DNA of 49,174 nt from a virus (taxonomy: Duplodnaviria; Caudoviricetes): the IMG/VR virus record IMGVR_UViG_3300016665_000612, positions 1-49,174 of that record; one strand, written 5' to 3'. The notes beneath the pieces were generated by a model. It was not told where the DNA came from, made no database searches, and saw nothing but the letters and a program-made list of their open reading frames with translations. Every line of letters begins with the position of its first letter. The first letter of the stretch is position 1. The position numbers and the translations under genes are program-made. Shown piece by piece: positions 1-9,493 of this stretch.

Positions 1-135
1 AATTGTAGCAATCTTTGCTGCTTTTAGTTTGGGTATATTTCTTTCGTCAATCCAATGACGACGACACCGGGCTGGTGTGCATAGTCTGCAAAACTATGAA
101 ACTTGGTTCAAATCCAAGCGCCGTCTCTATTCTTA

Positions 136-453
136 ATGAAAAAAAGCGTTCATGATTTAAACCCTGGGCAGCTTGGAACATATGTCTGTGATCCTAAGTT
201 CTCAGCAAATATCAATGTCCTTTCACTAAAAAAAACAGAAAGTGACTGCTACATTGAAAATGAAGGCAGCAGCGAAGAAAGACAGTGGTATTTGAGTGAA
301 AACATACCTCACGGCAGTACAGTTCTTGTTGTTTCAAGAATAAAACTGACACGTTTCAATTTTTCATTTGACGGATATAAAGTTTTGTTCGGAACCAAAG
401 TCTGTGTTGCATGGACTCAAAATATTCTCAACCCTTTTTACAATTCTGAATAA
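136..453 (+). CDS. hypothetical protein
   Basis: ORF 103..453; first ATG at 136; tightly packed with the following genes. Confidence 0.6.
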   Translation: MKKSVHDLNPGQLGTYVCDPKFSANINVLSLKKTESDCYIENEGSSEERQWYLSENIPHGSTVLVVSRIKLTRFNFSFDGYKVLFGTKVCVAWTQNILNPFYNSE

Positions 454-454
454 C

Positions 455-844
455 GTGATCAAACACTATACTCTTGCCGATCTCATCAGAATGGCCCCTG
501 GGACTCTGTTGACTGGCCTGATTCGAGACGAAGGCAGTTGGCGTCTGGCCCCAGAATGGAGCCTGCCAGAAGGGTTGGTAGGTGCCAAGAACGTGAGGAC
601 TTCTCCTTTTCTGGAACATCGAGTGAGATGGCGCCAGCATCTAAGAAAGCATTCAAAACTGATTGGCGATACCAGGATCTATCGTCCTGAAAGCAATCAG
701 ATTGTCAGCAGCGAAAACAGGCGTATTATCACGACTTTTAAAGTTGGTAGCCCAATAGGCATCTATCTTGGTCACATTGTAAGAATTAATGGTGTATCAT
801 TTGTCAACGTTTTAACCACTCATGGTTATGACGTTTGGATCTAA
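455..844 (+). CDS. hypothetical protein
   Basis: ORF 368..844; GTG at 455 directly after the previous stop; start uncertain. Confidence 0.6.
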   Translation: MIKHYTLADLIRMAPGTLLTGLIRDEGSWRLAPEWSLPEGLVGAKNVRTSPFLEHRVRWRQHLRKHSKLIGDTRIYRPESNQIVSSENRRIITTFKVGSPIGIYLGHIVRINGVSFVNVLTTHGYDVWI

Positions 845-845
845 T

Positions 846-1208
846 ATGTCAAAAAACTTCAAACCTTTTGTGGGCCGCTGTTTTGAGTTAAAAGCAATAA
901 CCAGTCTTGCAAAATACCCACCTGTAGCACTCGTTTTAGATGAAAAAGAAAAAGACGTTCTTATTCTAGACAAAAGCGGAATTGGAACATGGATTAAGAA
1001 AAGCTTCTTGCGAAATGAACCAATGCCAAGTCCTTTTTTCGCAACCGAAGTTACTTTGACCAAAGCAATGTCATTGATTGAGGAACTAAGAACTATCGTT
1101 CAACAGCAAGATGTTGATGAACGATTGAATAAAAGATGCTCTATGGTCATAGGAGAACTGCGATCATTAGATGAAGCAGTAAAAAAACAAAGTCTTTTCA
1201 CGTCCTAA
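846..1208 (+). CDS. hypothetical protein
   Basis: ORF 822..1208; ATG at 846 abuts the previous stop. Confidence 0.6.
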   Translation: MSKNFKPFVGRCFELKAITSLAKYPPVALVLDEKEKDVLILDKSGIGTWIKKSFLRNEPMPSPFFATEVTLTKAMSLIEELRTIVQQQDVDERLNKRCSMVIGELRSLDEAVKKQSLFTS

Positions 1209-1255
1209 AACTACTTGACAAAAAACAGCACATGATGTATTTCTAACAAAGTGCC

Positions 1256-1510
1256 ATGAAAAAAATCATAATTCACACACCACATGACAATGTTGCTCTG
1301 GTTGAAAACGCATTGCGTCAAGTGGGATTTTTCGACTTTGATTCAAGTTGCCAACTTGATGATGAATATACGGGTTATCACCTTGGCAACCCAAATGAGT
1401 GTGTTGTTGTGGAAACCACGGAAACACTTCACATTGAAGCTCTTAAAGTGCTTCAAGCGTTCGGCAAAGTAGAGATTGTGAATTTGGGCATTGACACCAC
1501 CCTCAACTAA
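1256..1510 (+). CDS. hypothetical protein
   Basis: 84 aa ORF downstream of TTGACA (1215)-17 nt-TATTTC. Confidence 0.6.
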   Translation: MKKIIIHTPHDNVALVENALRQVGFFDFDSSCQLDDEYTGYHLGNPNECVVVETTETLHIEALKVLQAFGKVEIVNLGIDTTLN

Positions 1511-1519
1511 TGGTAAAAC
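1491..1519 (+). promoter_or_regulatory. sigma70-type promoter, leaderless transcript
   Basis: TTGACA-17 nt-TAAAAC with extended TG; ATG 6 nt after the -10. Confidence 0.7.
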
Positions 1520-1525
1520 ATTCAC

Positions 1526-2758
1526 ATGTTGATTCAAGAATACCTCCTCCGAAACTCCTTCTCCACACTTCGTTCCGAGCATGGTATTAAGTCCAGTGCG
1601 CGTGCGGGTGATCGATTTTTCTCACTCAACTACGATCAGATTGAAAGCCAGCCGGGGGAAATGGTCAACCAGTGCCGCGGTGTGATCTTGAGCGTGCTTT
1701 TTGCGCTTACCGAGGAACAAATCTCTGGCGTTCTTCCTGTTGGTTTTACGACCATCCAGGCACAACCGTTTGATCGGTTCTTCAACTATGGGGATACAAA
1801 TGCGGCGTTGGTAGATTTCGAGCATCCCGACACTGTTTTCTATGAGAAACTTGATGGCACTCTCTGCATCGTGTATTTCAACACTGTGCTTTCTCAGTGG
1901 TGTGTTGCTACTCGTAGTGTGCCTACTGCCAACATCCCCATGAATGGTTGGGACGACCTTACTTTTCGTGGTCTGTTTGAGCTTGCACTACGGGATACGC
2001 TGATCCGTGGCGATCTTGTGGAGCCAACCATGCGCCCAGATTGCGCATTTGACTTCTGGACGGAGAACAAGCTCAACCCGCTCTACACTTACATGTTTGA
2101 GCTAACCACGCCAAGGAATCGGATCGTGGTAAACTATGAGGAGTCTACCGTGTGGCTGCTTGGCATTCGCAACACTCAGACAGGGGTTGAGATTCCTGTT
2201 GAAAATACAGTTGCACAAAGCCTGGGAGTGCCTGTGTGTCCTTCTTACAAACTCAACAACCTCTCGGAACTGTTGACGTTTGTTGGCTCCAAGCCGCCTT
2301 TTGAGCAAGAAGGGATTGTGGTCCGTAATGGACCCAATCGTGTCAAGCTCAAGAGCCTTGCATATACCGCATACAACCGTGTGCGGGATAGCGTGGCGAA
2401 CTCGCCACGGGCGCTTGTGGAGTTGGTGTTGCTGGAGAAGCTGGATGACGTTATGCCTGTGTTGGAACCGCATGTGCAGGCGCAGGCAACAAAGATCCAA
2501 GACGGAATCCGAAAGGTTTTCCATCACAACGATTCGGCCTATGTGGAGATTTTCGAATCTATTGCAGGGCAAGAGAACCAGCGCAAGGCATTCGCACTTG
2601 CAGTCCAAGCTCGAAAGGGCTGGATGGGTTACTTGATGGATCGGTTCCTTGGGCGATGCTCAAGCGTTTCGAACTATATCGAGCAGCGCAAGACGGCTGA
2701 TGGAAAGTACCCTGATGGACTGCTTGAGACTTTGCTGGAAATGGCACTCAAGCAATAA
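1526..2758 (+). CDS. T4 Rnl1-like RNA ligase
   Basis: Nucleotidyltransferase motif I FYEKLDGT, PFDRFFNYG, TYMFEL, EGIVV, VKLKS. Confidence 0.85.
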   Translation: MLIQEYLLRNSFSTLRSEHGIKSSARAGDRFFSLNYDQIESQPGEMVNQCRGVILSVLFALTEEQISGVLPVGFTTIQAQPFDRFFNYGDTNAALVDFEHPDTVFYEKLDGTLCIVYFNTVLSQWCVATRSVPTANIPMNGWDDLTFRGLFELALRDTLIRGDLVEPTMRPDCAFDFWTENKLNPLYTYMFELTTPRNRIVVNYEESTVWLLGIRNTQTGVEIPVENTVAQSLGVPVCPSYKLNNLSELLTFVGSKPPFEQEGIVVRNGPNRVKLKSLAYTAYNRVRDSVANSPRALVELVLLEKLDDVMPVLEPHVQAQATKIQDGIRKVFHHNDSAYVEIFESIAGQENQRKAFALAVQARKGWMGYLMDRFLGRCSSVSNYIEQRKTADGKYPDGLLETLLEMALKQ

Positions 2759-2802
2759 TACAAAAAACGAGATTTCATATAATCCTAATTAAAAGGCATT
2801 AT

Positions 2803-3087
2803 ATGAAATCTCGTTTTAAGCTTTTATTTCCCACAAAAACACCAATCCTGAAAAAAATAACAAAAACACTTCTCGGCACCATCAACTTGGCATTAGATGG
2901 AATTGAAACAATCCAGCGTTTGGATAAGTTTATTCAATCCGACTTGGGTTTGAAAACTATGTCATCTAAAAACGAGCTAGATGATATCGAGCAGTTTCTT
3001 AATCCAGCATTGATAAACATAACAGTTCGAAAGTCTATAGAAGAAACAAACTACAAATACCCAGAAAGTTTAAAAAATGAAATGTGA
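2803..3087 (+). CDS. hypothetical protein
   Basis: 94 aa ORF; TAATTA motif upstream. Confidence 0.55.
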   Translation: MKSRFKLLFPTKTPILKKITKTLLGTINLALDGIETIQRLDKFIQSDLGLKTMSSKNELDDIEQFLNPALINITVRKSIEETNYKYPESLKNEM

Positions 3088-3246
3088 TGGTACAGGTTGT
3101 TTGAAAGAACCAATCTACGGGTGTGATTGCAGAAGGTGTCAGCGCGAAGATGTGAATGAGCGATATCATGCGTGCAAAGAACATCTATACGATGTCAAAG
3201 CAAAGCATGAACGTGTCAGGGGCAGAGAGTTCGATGCTTACTTGCT

Positions 3247-3618
3247 CTAACTCGATACGCGACTTTTAAGATCTGAGATGTACTTTTCCAAGATTTCGTG
3301 AGAAAGTACCAGGTCATCTCCACAAAGATCACTTGTCGTTGAAGATGGCAGTTTTGCGATCCAGCCAGAAAGATCTTTTGCGATCCAGCGAACCTCTTTG
3401 TCAATCTTTGCTTGATGAACCAAGTAAAGAGCGGGGATTAACACAAAAAGCATTTCTTTATTAAAGCCATTTAAAGCTTTGTTGTTAAGGTACATAAGCT
3501 CTTGAGCTTCTTCATACCTTGCGCACAAAGCCTGTTTCTCCTCCAAAGAAGATATGCCCTGAAGAAATCCGATTGAATCCCATTTGGTTATTAAAGTTGA
3601 ATGTTGTTCTGTTTGCAT
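3247..3618 (-). CDS. hypothetical protein; N-terminus resembles the start of gp23-type major capsid proteins
   Basis: LITKWDSIGFLQGI resembles the KWxxxGLLEGL segment of large-myophage capsid proteins (recalled, not searched). Confidence 0.5.
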   Translation of the reverse strand: MQTEQHSTLITKWDSIGFLQGISSLEEKQALCARYEEAQELMYLNNKALNGFNKEMLFVLIPALYLVHQAKIDKEVRWIAKDLSGWIAKLPSSTTSDLCGDDLVLSHEILEKYISDLKSRVSS

Positions 3619-3638
3619 TTAAACAGTATAGCAAAAAC

Positions 3639-4415
3639 TCAAACTTTTTTGTAGAGGTCTTCCATGATTCTGACGATTTGAGTTTTTAGAGCTTTGAGAA
3701 TGCCAATTCTTGCTTGGATAGCGTGGTTTCTTTCCTGAATGGCATAGTCGTGAGTAGGATTCTGTTTCATCAAATCCTCACCTTCTTCGACCAATTTATC
3801 AATAGCCTCAGCCGATTCAGACATGAACTTGTCTATCTTGGTTGCGTAAATTCCTGTACCTTGCTGCTCGGCGGCCTCTGTCAAAGCCATTTTGGTGGCT
3901 TTGACAACTGCTTCTGCGAGTTGTGCTTTTGTGATCTTGACAACCTTGGGAGCTTCATGGAGTTCATGTTTTTTTTGATCTTTTTTCTCTTTGTCTCTTT
4001 GCATGGCTTTTGGATCTTTCCTTTTCCATTCAGTTGCCAACTCGCTTGCAGTTTCGTCTGTCTTGGCACCAAGTTTTTGTGCAACAAGTTTTTGAACCAT
4101 TTCTCGAAGCTGTTCTTTGTCAATTCTAATTGTGCCACTGTTAACTGCTTGGTTCTGCGATCTGCCTAGAACAGTTGTGGCTTCTCTTTCAATCTCCCCA
4201 TTTGGTTTCACGATTCCTGCGATCTCCTCATTCTTGTTGTCGTAAATTCGATAAGGAACTTTGGTGTGTTTTGCTTTTTCAGTAGCAATCCTTACAGCAT
4301 CTTCCAAATCGTTTGATGAAAATATCTGTCCGGGTTTTTCTGAATGATGTTTGATCGTGTAGCGATCGGCACCTTCACTTATTGTGTTGGTGGTTTTTTC
4401 TTCAATCTTTGCCAT
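3639..4415 (-). CDS. putative virion/head internal protein
   Basis: Two copies of an IxKxQLxExV motif (IRIDKEQLREMV, VKITKAQLAEAV); charged and helical. Confidence 0.55.
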   Translation of the reverse strand: MAKIEEKTTNTISEGADRYTIKHHSEKPGQIFSSNDLEDAVRIATEKAKHTKVPYRIYDNKNEEIAGIVKPNGEIEREATTVLGRSQNQAVNSGTIRIDKEQLREMVQKLVAQKLGAKTDETASELATEWKRKDPKAMQRDKEKKDQKKHELHEAPKVVKITKAQLAEAVVKATKMALTEAAEQQGTGIYATKIDKFMSESAEAIDKLVEEGEDLMKQNPTHDYAIQERNHAIQARIGILKALKTQIVRIMEDLYKKV

Positions 4416-4424
4416 GTTTGCAAC

Positions 4425-4742
4425 TTACCTTGTTCCACCCTTGCCATCATCAGCACGAGGGAATGAAACCAATTGTTTGGCTGCATCCATGATAGAAGTT
4501 TTTATGCCATCTTTCATTGCTGTGACAATTTGAAAGTATTTTTGTTGAACATCTGGCTGCATGTGATCTGGATTCATCAACCCCAAAGAATCCACAAGGT
4601 TTTTTTCAAACTCCATCGAGGTTGCATTTGCTAGATGTTCAATGTTACGCATAGCCGTAAAGTGATTGGACTCTAGCAGAGCTTTTGCAACTGCTGTTTT
4701 TACTGCTTCTGCAAGTTGTTGTTTGTGAATCTTGATTGTCAT
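4425..4742 (-). CDS. putative virion/head internal protein
   Basis: N-terminal IKIHKQQLAEAVKTAVAKALLE; TATTTA upstream. Confidence 0.55.
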   Translation of the reverse strand: MTIKIHKQQLAEAVKTAVAKALLESNHFTAMRNIEHLANATSMEFEKNLVDSLGLMNPDHMQPDVQQKYFQIVTAMKDGIKTSIMDAAKQLVSFPRADDGKGGTR

Positions 4743-4768
4743 GATTACCTGTTTCCTAAATAGCGTTC

Positions 4769-5470
4769 TTATCTTGGTAGTTCTGTTTTAATGAATAGAT
4801 ACAGCCTTTGTGCCACGGACTGAAGAATGGAATCTTGAGTGTCATAAAGAGCTTTGATCAACCCAAGAGCGTGCTCTGGATTTGAAAAGACCGTTTGTAT
4901 CTGCCCTTTGAGCGATTTAAGAATCATGTTTGGGTCATTTGTTTGATTCAACAAGTCTTGAGCCCCAGAAACCATGGAAGCAATCGGATCTCCTGTTGGT
5001 TGCTCAGTTGGCTCGGGTTGCTCAGGTTTGGCTGATTCTTCACCGCCACTTCCATCTTCACCACCACCAAAGCCCCCACCGCCGCCTCCACCACCGCCGC
5101 CAAACCCACCAAAGCCTCCACCACCGCCCGCAGCACCGCCTAGATCCTCTGCGCCCTCTGGCGGCGCATTGGGATCATCCAATGAGACATCCCCAGGCTC
5201 GGCCCCTGGAGTGCCGCCAGGGGCTCCCATTGAAGCGTCACCACCGACAGGCTGGTTTGGATCGGAAGGTGGCTGTTCTGGCGCCGCTGCTGCATCAGGA
5301 GCCGGAGCAGGTTCTTGGGTTGGTGGTGGTGTATCGGCTTCTGCGAATACCTTTTGAAAAGACTTTCTAAAATCTTTTCTTCGTTTGTTCGACTTGGAAA
5401 GAGCAGCATCAAGTTCTTCTGCAAGAACTTGATCAATGATTTTTTTTACATTGCTTTCTGTTAACTTCAT
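4769..5470 (-). CDS. putative virion protein with Pro/Gly-rich low-complexity core
   Basis: MKLTESNVKKIIDQVLAEE N-terminus; poly-Gly and Pro/Ala/Glu linker; TAATTA upstream. Confidence 0.65.
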   Translation of the reverse strand: MKLTESNVKKIIDQVLAEELDAALSKSNKRRKDFRKSFQKVFAEADTPPPTQEPAPAPDAAAAPEQPPSDPNQPVGGDASMGAPGGTPGAEPGDVSLDDPNAPPEGAEDLGGAAGGGGGFGGFGGGGGGGGGGFGGGEDGSGGEESAKPEQPEPTEQPTGDPIASMVSGAQDLLNQTNDPNMILKSLKGQIQTVFSNPEHALGLIKALYDTQDSILQSVAQRLYLFIKTELPR

Positions 5471-5493
5471 GATGGTAATTATCAGAGTAAACG

Positions 5494-5682
5494 ATGACGC
5501 ATATTATTGTTAGTTTTTGTCCTAATTGTGGCGCTCCTATTTGGATTGAAGAAAAATCAAAACAGCAGCAATTCCCACCACCAAGTATTTTTACTTGTGC
5601 GTGCAAACCAGAAAAGCATTTTAAACTTGAAGCAAGCGAAAATCCTGGTGGGGTACGACCAAAGGTACTACTGAAGGATTAA
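5494..5682 (+). CDS. small zinc-ribbon protein
   Basis: CPNCG ... CAC. Confidence 0.5.
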   Translation: MTHIIVSFCPNCGAPIWIEEKSKQQQFPPPSIFTCACKPEKHFKLEASENPGGVRPKVLLKD

Positions 5683-6344
5683 ATCAGTTTATGGTTCTTC
5701 AAGAACTGAAGAACTACTTGGTAGTCAGATTCAGACATGAACGACTCATCTTTCATGTCTTGATCAATTGAATCGGGAAAAGGCCATGCAAAGTAGTAAG
5801 CACCAGTAGTCATTTCTTTCTTGAAGCGATCTCTTAACTGTTGCATCTGGTTTTCTGAGAAGTTGTGTAGTCTTCTACCCAGAAGGATAGAAACGCGATA
5901 ACCACGACGTTCAAACTTATAGCGCCATGGAGCAGGCAAAGGCGCTAAAAGCAACAGGAACAACAAGAACAAGAACAACAATGGATTGATAATTGCGAAC
6001 ACGCTCAAAAGACTGAGGGCTGCAAGACACTGAGGAAAGAGATAGCCCAGGATGAACTTTGCTTTGTTTCTCACATAGTCAATGATATGAAACGTTTCAT
6101 GAATGGTAATGTCCAAGAGCGCCATCTCATTTGCAGCCTCAAGACCATCAGGAATATAGATGGTTTTTCCTATGGTTGTGATGTAGTGAGAGAATGAAGG
6201 GTTGAATGGTTTAAGGATGAAAGCAATTGCTTTCATCAGAAATGATTCTGACTTTTTAACAACTTTGGCATCAGGAGCATATTTCTTGGTTACTTCCTCA
6301 AAAAAAGCTCCGGCCAATCCTGGTAGTTGAATGCTGGTTGACAT
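5679..6344 (-). CDS. membrane protein with HExxH zinc-peptidase motif
   Basis: TIGKTIY...IHETFH, hydrophobic hairpin, downstream FERRGY. Confidence 0.6.
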   Translation of the reverse strand: MSTSIQLPGLAGAFFEEVTKKYAPDAKVVKKSESFLMKAIAFILKPFNPSFSHYITTIGKTIYIPDGLEAANEMALLDITIHETFHIIDYVRNKAKFILGYLFPQCLAALSLLSVFAIINPLLFLFLLFLLLLAPLPAPWRYKFERRGYRVSILLGRRLHNFSENQMQQLRDRFKKEMTTGAYYFAWPFPDSIDQDMKDESFMSESDYQVVLQFLKNHKLI

Positions 6345-6368
6345 AGCTTAACCTCACGGTTAAGTACA

Positions 6369-6692
6369 TCATCGCACACTCATTTCTTTTTGATAGGTTA
6401 GGCCATCAGTTATTGTCTCCACCCATTTCTCAGAAACCCATCGTCTATACATTTTTCGATTATGAGGATCGGTTATTAAACAATAATAACACATTTCGTC
6501 GTTAAACTGTTTTTTTGCGAGAAGCAGCAACGTGTATTTTTTTCTAGCACGATCCAATTGAGGGTTGTGAAAATGAGAGAATGCGTCGTCATGCACAGTG
6601 TCAAAAAGCAACACGGTTTCTTCGTGTGGTACTTTTGAGTAATATTTTGCGTAATGATTTCGTTTATATTGAAGCAAAGAGCCAATTTCCAT
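6369..6692 (-). CDS. hypothetical protein
   Basis: 107 aa ORF co-oriented with its neighbour. Confidence 0.55.
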   Translation of the reverse strand: MEIGSLLQYKRNHYAKYYSKVPHEETVLLFDTVHDDAFSHFHNPQLDRARKKYTLLLLAKKQFNDEMCYYCLITDPHNRKMYRRWVSEKWVETITDGLTYQKEMSVR

Positions 6693-6811
6693 ATTCTGTC
6701 ACTCTAGCATTTGTGCTTTTTCAAGAAAACCTGGCTCAATTCCGTGTTAAGTGGAACATAACCAGGGAGGGGGGATTGACAGGGGAGAGAAAGAGATGTA
6801 TGTTCTCTCAC

Positions 6812-7006
6812 ATGACGAACTCAACGGCACTTGGCGATCTTGGGATGGTTTATGAAGGGGAGCTCTCTGATTCTCTCTCTGACTTTGAAATCGAGGCTAT
6901 GCTTCATGAGCTCAACCAAGACCCCGGATATGCTGCATACATAGAGGATCGAAAGGCCGCATCACTTGAGTACCAAATGATGTTTATGGACCTCCTCCCT
7001 TTTTGA
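6812..7006 (+). CDS. small acidic hypothetical protein (leaderless)
   Basis: TTGACA (6776)-17 nt-TATGTT, then ATG at 6812. Confidence 0.55.
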   Translation: MTNSTALGDLGMVYEGELSDSLSDFEIEAMLHELNQDPGYAAYIEDRKAASLEYQMMFMDLLPF

Positions 7007-7297
7007 TCATTTTCAATATACCAGAACTTCAAAAAACGACATAGTTAAACTCGTGAAGCTGAAAAGCTTCAACTTTCGTAAGAAGTTTATCATTTTAATC
7101 TTCTTCGTTAGTATGGGAATCGCGAGTCCCCAAAAATGATTCTCGCCCTGTTGATCAAGGGTAGCACGGAAAAGTGAACCCAAGCTTCCCGGCGCTTCAA
7201 ACTTGCGGTTCGGTGTCATTTCGAGCTTTGCATGTGTAGTGTCTGAATCATCGGTTTTTCTCTCGAAATGCTTCAGTGGGTCCGTCAAACCTTCTTT

Positions 7298-7374
7298 GTC
7301 CATGTGGTCGAATGGAATTAGGCACCTCTTTCCTAAAGAGGATTACGCGGGTTCGAGTCCTGCCATGGATGCCA
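7298..7374 (+). tRNA. tRNA-Arg(CCT)
   Basis: Cloverleaf GTCCATG/CATGGAT, anticodon arm CCTCT-TTCCTAA-AGAGG, TTCGAG T-loop, encoded CCA. Confidence 0.9.
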
Positions 7375-7395
7375 GATTATTCCATAATTAAGTTT

Positions 7396-7680
7396 ATGGA
7401 AAACAAACTCCCTCCTCACACACGTCCTATCCCACTACCGGAGTCAGGAAACTTCTCTCTTACTGAAACTGTGAGAGAGAAAGCTCTGATTGCAGTTTCT
7501 TTTGCTGATGAGTTTGAAAGGCTTCTTGAGCTTTATGGAATCACGAGCTATGACATCTATGTCTGCTCGCCAACGTTCACTCTACATCATTCAAATTTGG
7601 CTGATAAAAAAGATGAGCCTATCGGATCTATAGACCCCGAAGCAACACCAACCAAGAGTTTTTTCTTTAACATGGAATGA
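7396..7680 (+). CDS. hypothetical protein
   Basis: ATG at 7396 after the tRNA; TAATTA upstream. Confidence 0.55.
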   Translation: MENKLPPHTRPIPLPESGNFSLTETVREKALIAVSFADEFERLLELYGITSYDIYVCSPTFTLHHSNLADKKDEPIGSIDPEATPTKSFFFNME

Positions 7681-7751
7681 TGTTTTTGGAAAACAAATTA
7701 GTTGATTTGAGACAGGTGATGTGCGAAGCTAGTCACCTGGAGCTAAGATAA

Positions 7752-8756
7752 ATGGGAGTTGAAATTGATGTTGTTCTTGATCTGTCTCGTGGTGATTGTG
7801 GCAAGGGTAAAGTTTCTCACTCACTTGCTGCAACTAATCAATACACACACTCGCTAAGGTTCAACGGCGGCGGGAACGCTGGCCACACCATCTTTCACAA
7901 GGGAAAGAAGTTTGTAACGCATCAGATTCCAGCAGGAGTTTTCTACGGAGTAACTTCTGTTATTGGCAATGGTTGTGTCATCAATGTTGACAAACTGTTT
8001 GAAGAGATAGAATACCTGGAGGCTGGAGGCGTTGAAGCCTCCAAGTATCTTCGGGTTGCTCGTAATGCACACATCATCACAAAAGAGCATCTCAGGCTTG
8101 ATGGGCTGGATAATGCTATCGGAACAACCAGAACAGGAAACGGCCCTTGTTACTCCGACAAGTATGCAAGGGAGGGAATCATTGCAGAGAAGGTGGTAAC
8201 CCTTAAGCCTTTCATCATTGATATGCAAGAAGAGTTCTATGGTGATACATCAAAAGACATCACCATCCTTGCAGAAGGCGCTCAGGGATTCTATCTTGAT
8301 GTTGATTGGGGTAAGTACCCTTATGTGACTTCTAGCCATTGCGGCATTGGAAGTGTGCTGCTCAATGGTTTCAATCACAAGCAGCTTAGGAAGGTCTATG
8401 GAGTTGCCAAGGTTTATGAAACCTATGTGGGTGCTGACAAGTTTGAGCCAAGTGATCCTATTTTCTCCAAAATCAGGGAACTAGGTCAGGAGTTCGGTGC
8501 AACCACTGGTCGCCCACGTCAATGCAACTGGCTCAATGTAGATGAGCTAATGAATGCTGCATTGATGAATGGGGTTGATGAAATCCTTTTGAACAAGCTT
8601 GACATTCTTGATGAGCTTAACACATGGAAACTGCGTTGGAACGATGGAGAGGTCTATTCGTTCTCAAACTCTGATGAGTTTCAAGAGTTTCTGCGTTCCC
8701 ATTTCCGAGATATCTGTCCAGTGAAATTCTCCAGAAATCCTTACAACCTCACCTGA
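7752..8756 (+). CDS. purA: adenylosuccinate synthetase (short form)
   Basis: GDCGKGK P-loop, RFNGGGNAGHT, IGTTRTGNGP, EGAQG, YPYVTSS, EFGATTGRPR, NKLD. Confidence 0.95.
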   Translation: MGVEIDVVLDLSRGDCGKGKVSHSLAATNQYTHSLRFNGGGNAGHTIFHKGKKFVTHQIPAGVFYGVTSVIGNGCVINVDKLFEEIEYLEAGGVEASKYLRVARNAHIITKEHLRLDGLDNAIGTTRTGNGPCYSDKYAREGIIAEKVVTLKPFIIDMQEEFYGDTSKDITILAEGAQGFYLDVDWGKYPYVTSSHCGIGSVLLNGFNHKQLRKVYGVAKVYETYVGADKFEPSDPIFSKIRELGQEFGATTGRPRQCNWLNVDELMNAALMNGVDEILLNKLDILDELNTWKLRWNDGEVYSFSNSDEFQEFLRSHFRDICPVKFSRNPYNLT

Positions 8757-8802
8757 TTTTTTTTCTCTTGACTGCACATGGGGGTCGTGGTACAACACTC
8801 TC

Positions 8803-9414
8803 ATGTGCATCATCGTTGTAAAGCCTGAATCCGTCGATCTTTCCATTGACACCATTGTGAACATGTGGATTCACAACCCGCATGGTGCAGGTTTCATGTA
8901 TGAGGACGACGGCAATCTCAAGATTGTCAAGGGCTTGATGAATATCAAGGATTTTTATGATGCTTATAGTTCCGTGCGAGATCGCAAGCTCGTGATCCAT
9001 TTTCGCATCCGAACTCACGGTGAAATCTCTCAAGAGCTCACACACCCGTTTCGCATTGACAGAAAGACGGGCATGGTTCACAATGGCATTCTGCCCATCA
9101 ACCCTCCCAAGGGAGAGAGTGACACCTCCTTTTTTGCTCGTCGCCTTCGGGAATCGAACCAGAACATCATGGGAGTGCTAGAGAGCCGCAAGGTGCGCCA
9201 GCGCATGATCAGTCGTATCGGCCGAAGCAAGATCGCCTTTATGAACAATGCTGGCAAGGTTCAAATTCTGAATGGGCACATGGGGCACATGGAGGCTGAC
9301 GGCTGTTGGTACTCAAACAACAGCTATAAGTCGCATGATGACTACAAGAAGCTGATTGCCCTTGACTATGATCCGAAAAACTGGTATGGCTCTTCCGAAA
9401 TGATCGTGATGTGA
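8803..9414 (+). CDS. class II glutamine amidotransferase (copy 1)
   Basis: N-terminal Cys (MCII), NPHGAG, HFRIRTHG, HPF, HNG, SDT; own leaderless sigma70 promoter. Confidence 0.9.
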   Translation: MCIIVVKPESVDLSIDTIVNMWIHNPHGAGFMYEDDGNLKIVKGLMNIKDFYDAYSSVRDRKLVIHFRIRTHGEISQELTHPFRIDRKTGMVHNGILPINPPKGESDTSFFARRLRESNQNIMGVLESRKVRQRMISRIGRSKIAFMNNAGKVQILNGHMGHMEADGCWYSNNSYKSHDDYKKLIALDYDPKNWYGSSEMIVM

Positions 9415-9493
9415 TTTTTTTTCTTGCCCCAAGTTGGCACTTGGGGTATAGTCTAAACATCAACTGACACCAACCAAGAAAACAGAAAAACAA

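Noticed and set aside
7752-8756. PurZ (2-aminoadenine DNA pathway), given the HD hydrolase nearby
   Set aside because: Keeps the PurA catalytic Asp (GDxGKG rather than GSxGKG), the TTGRxR aspartate loop and the NKLD GTP motif, so it is ordinary PurA.
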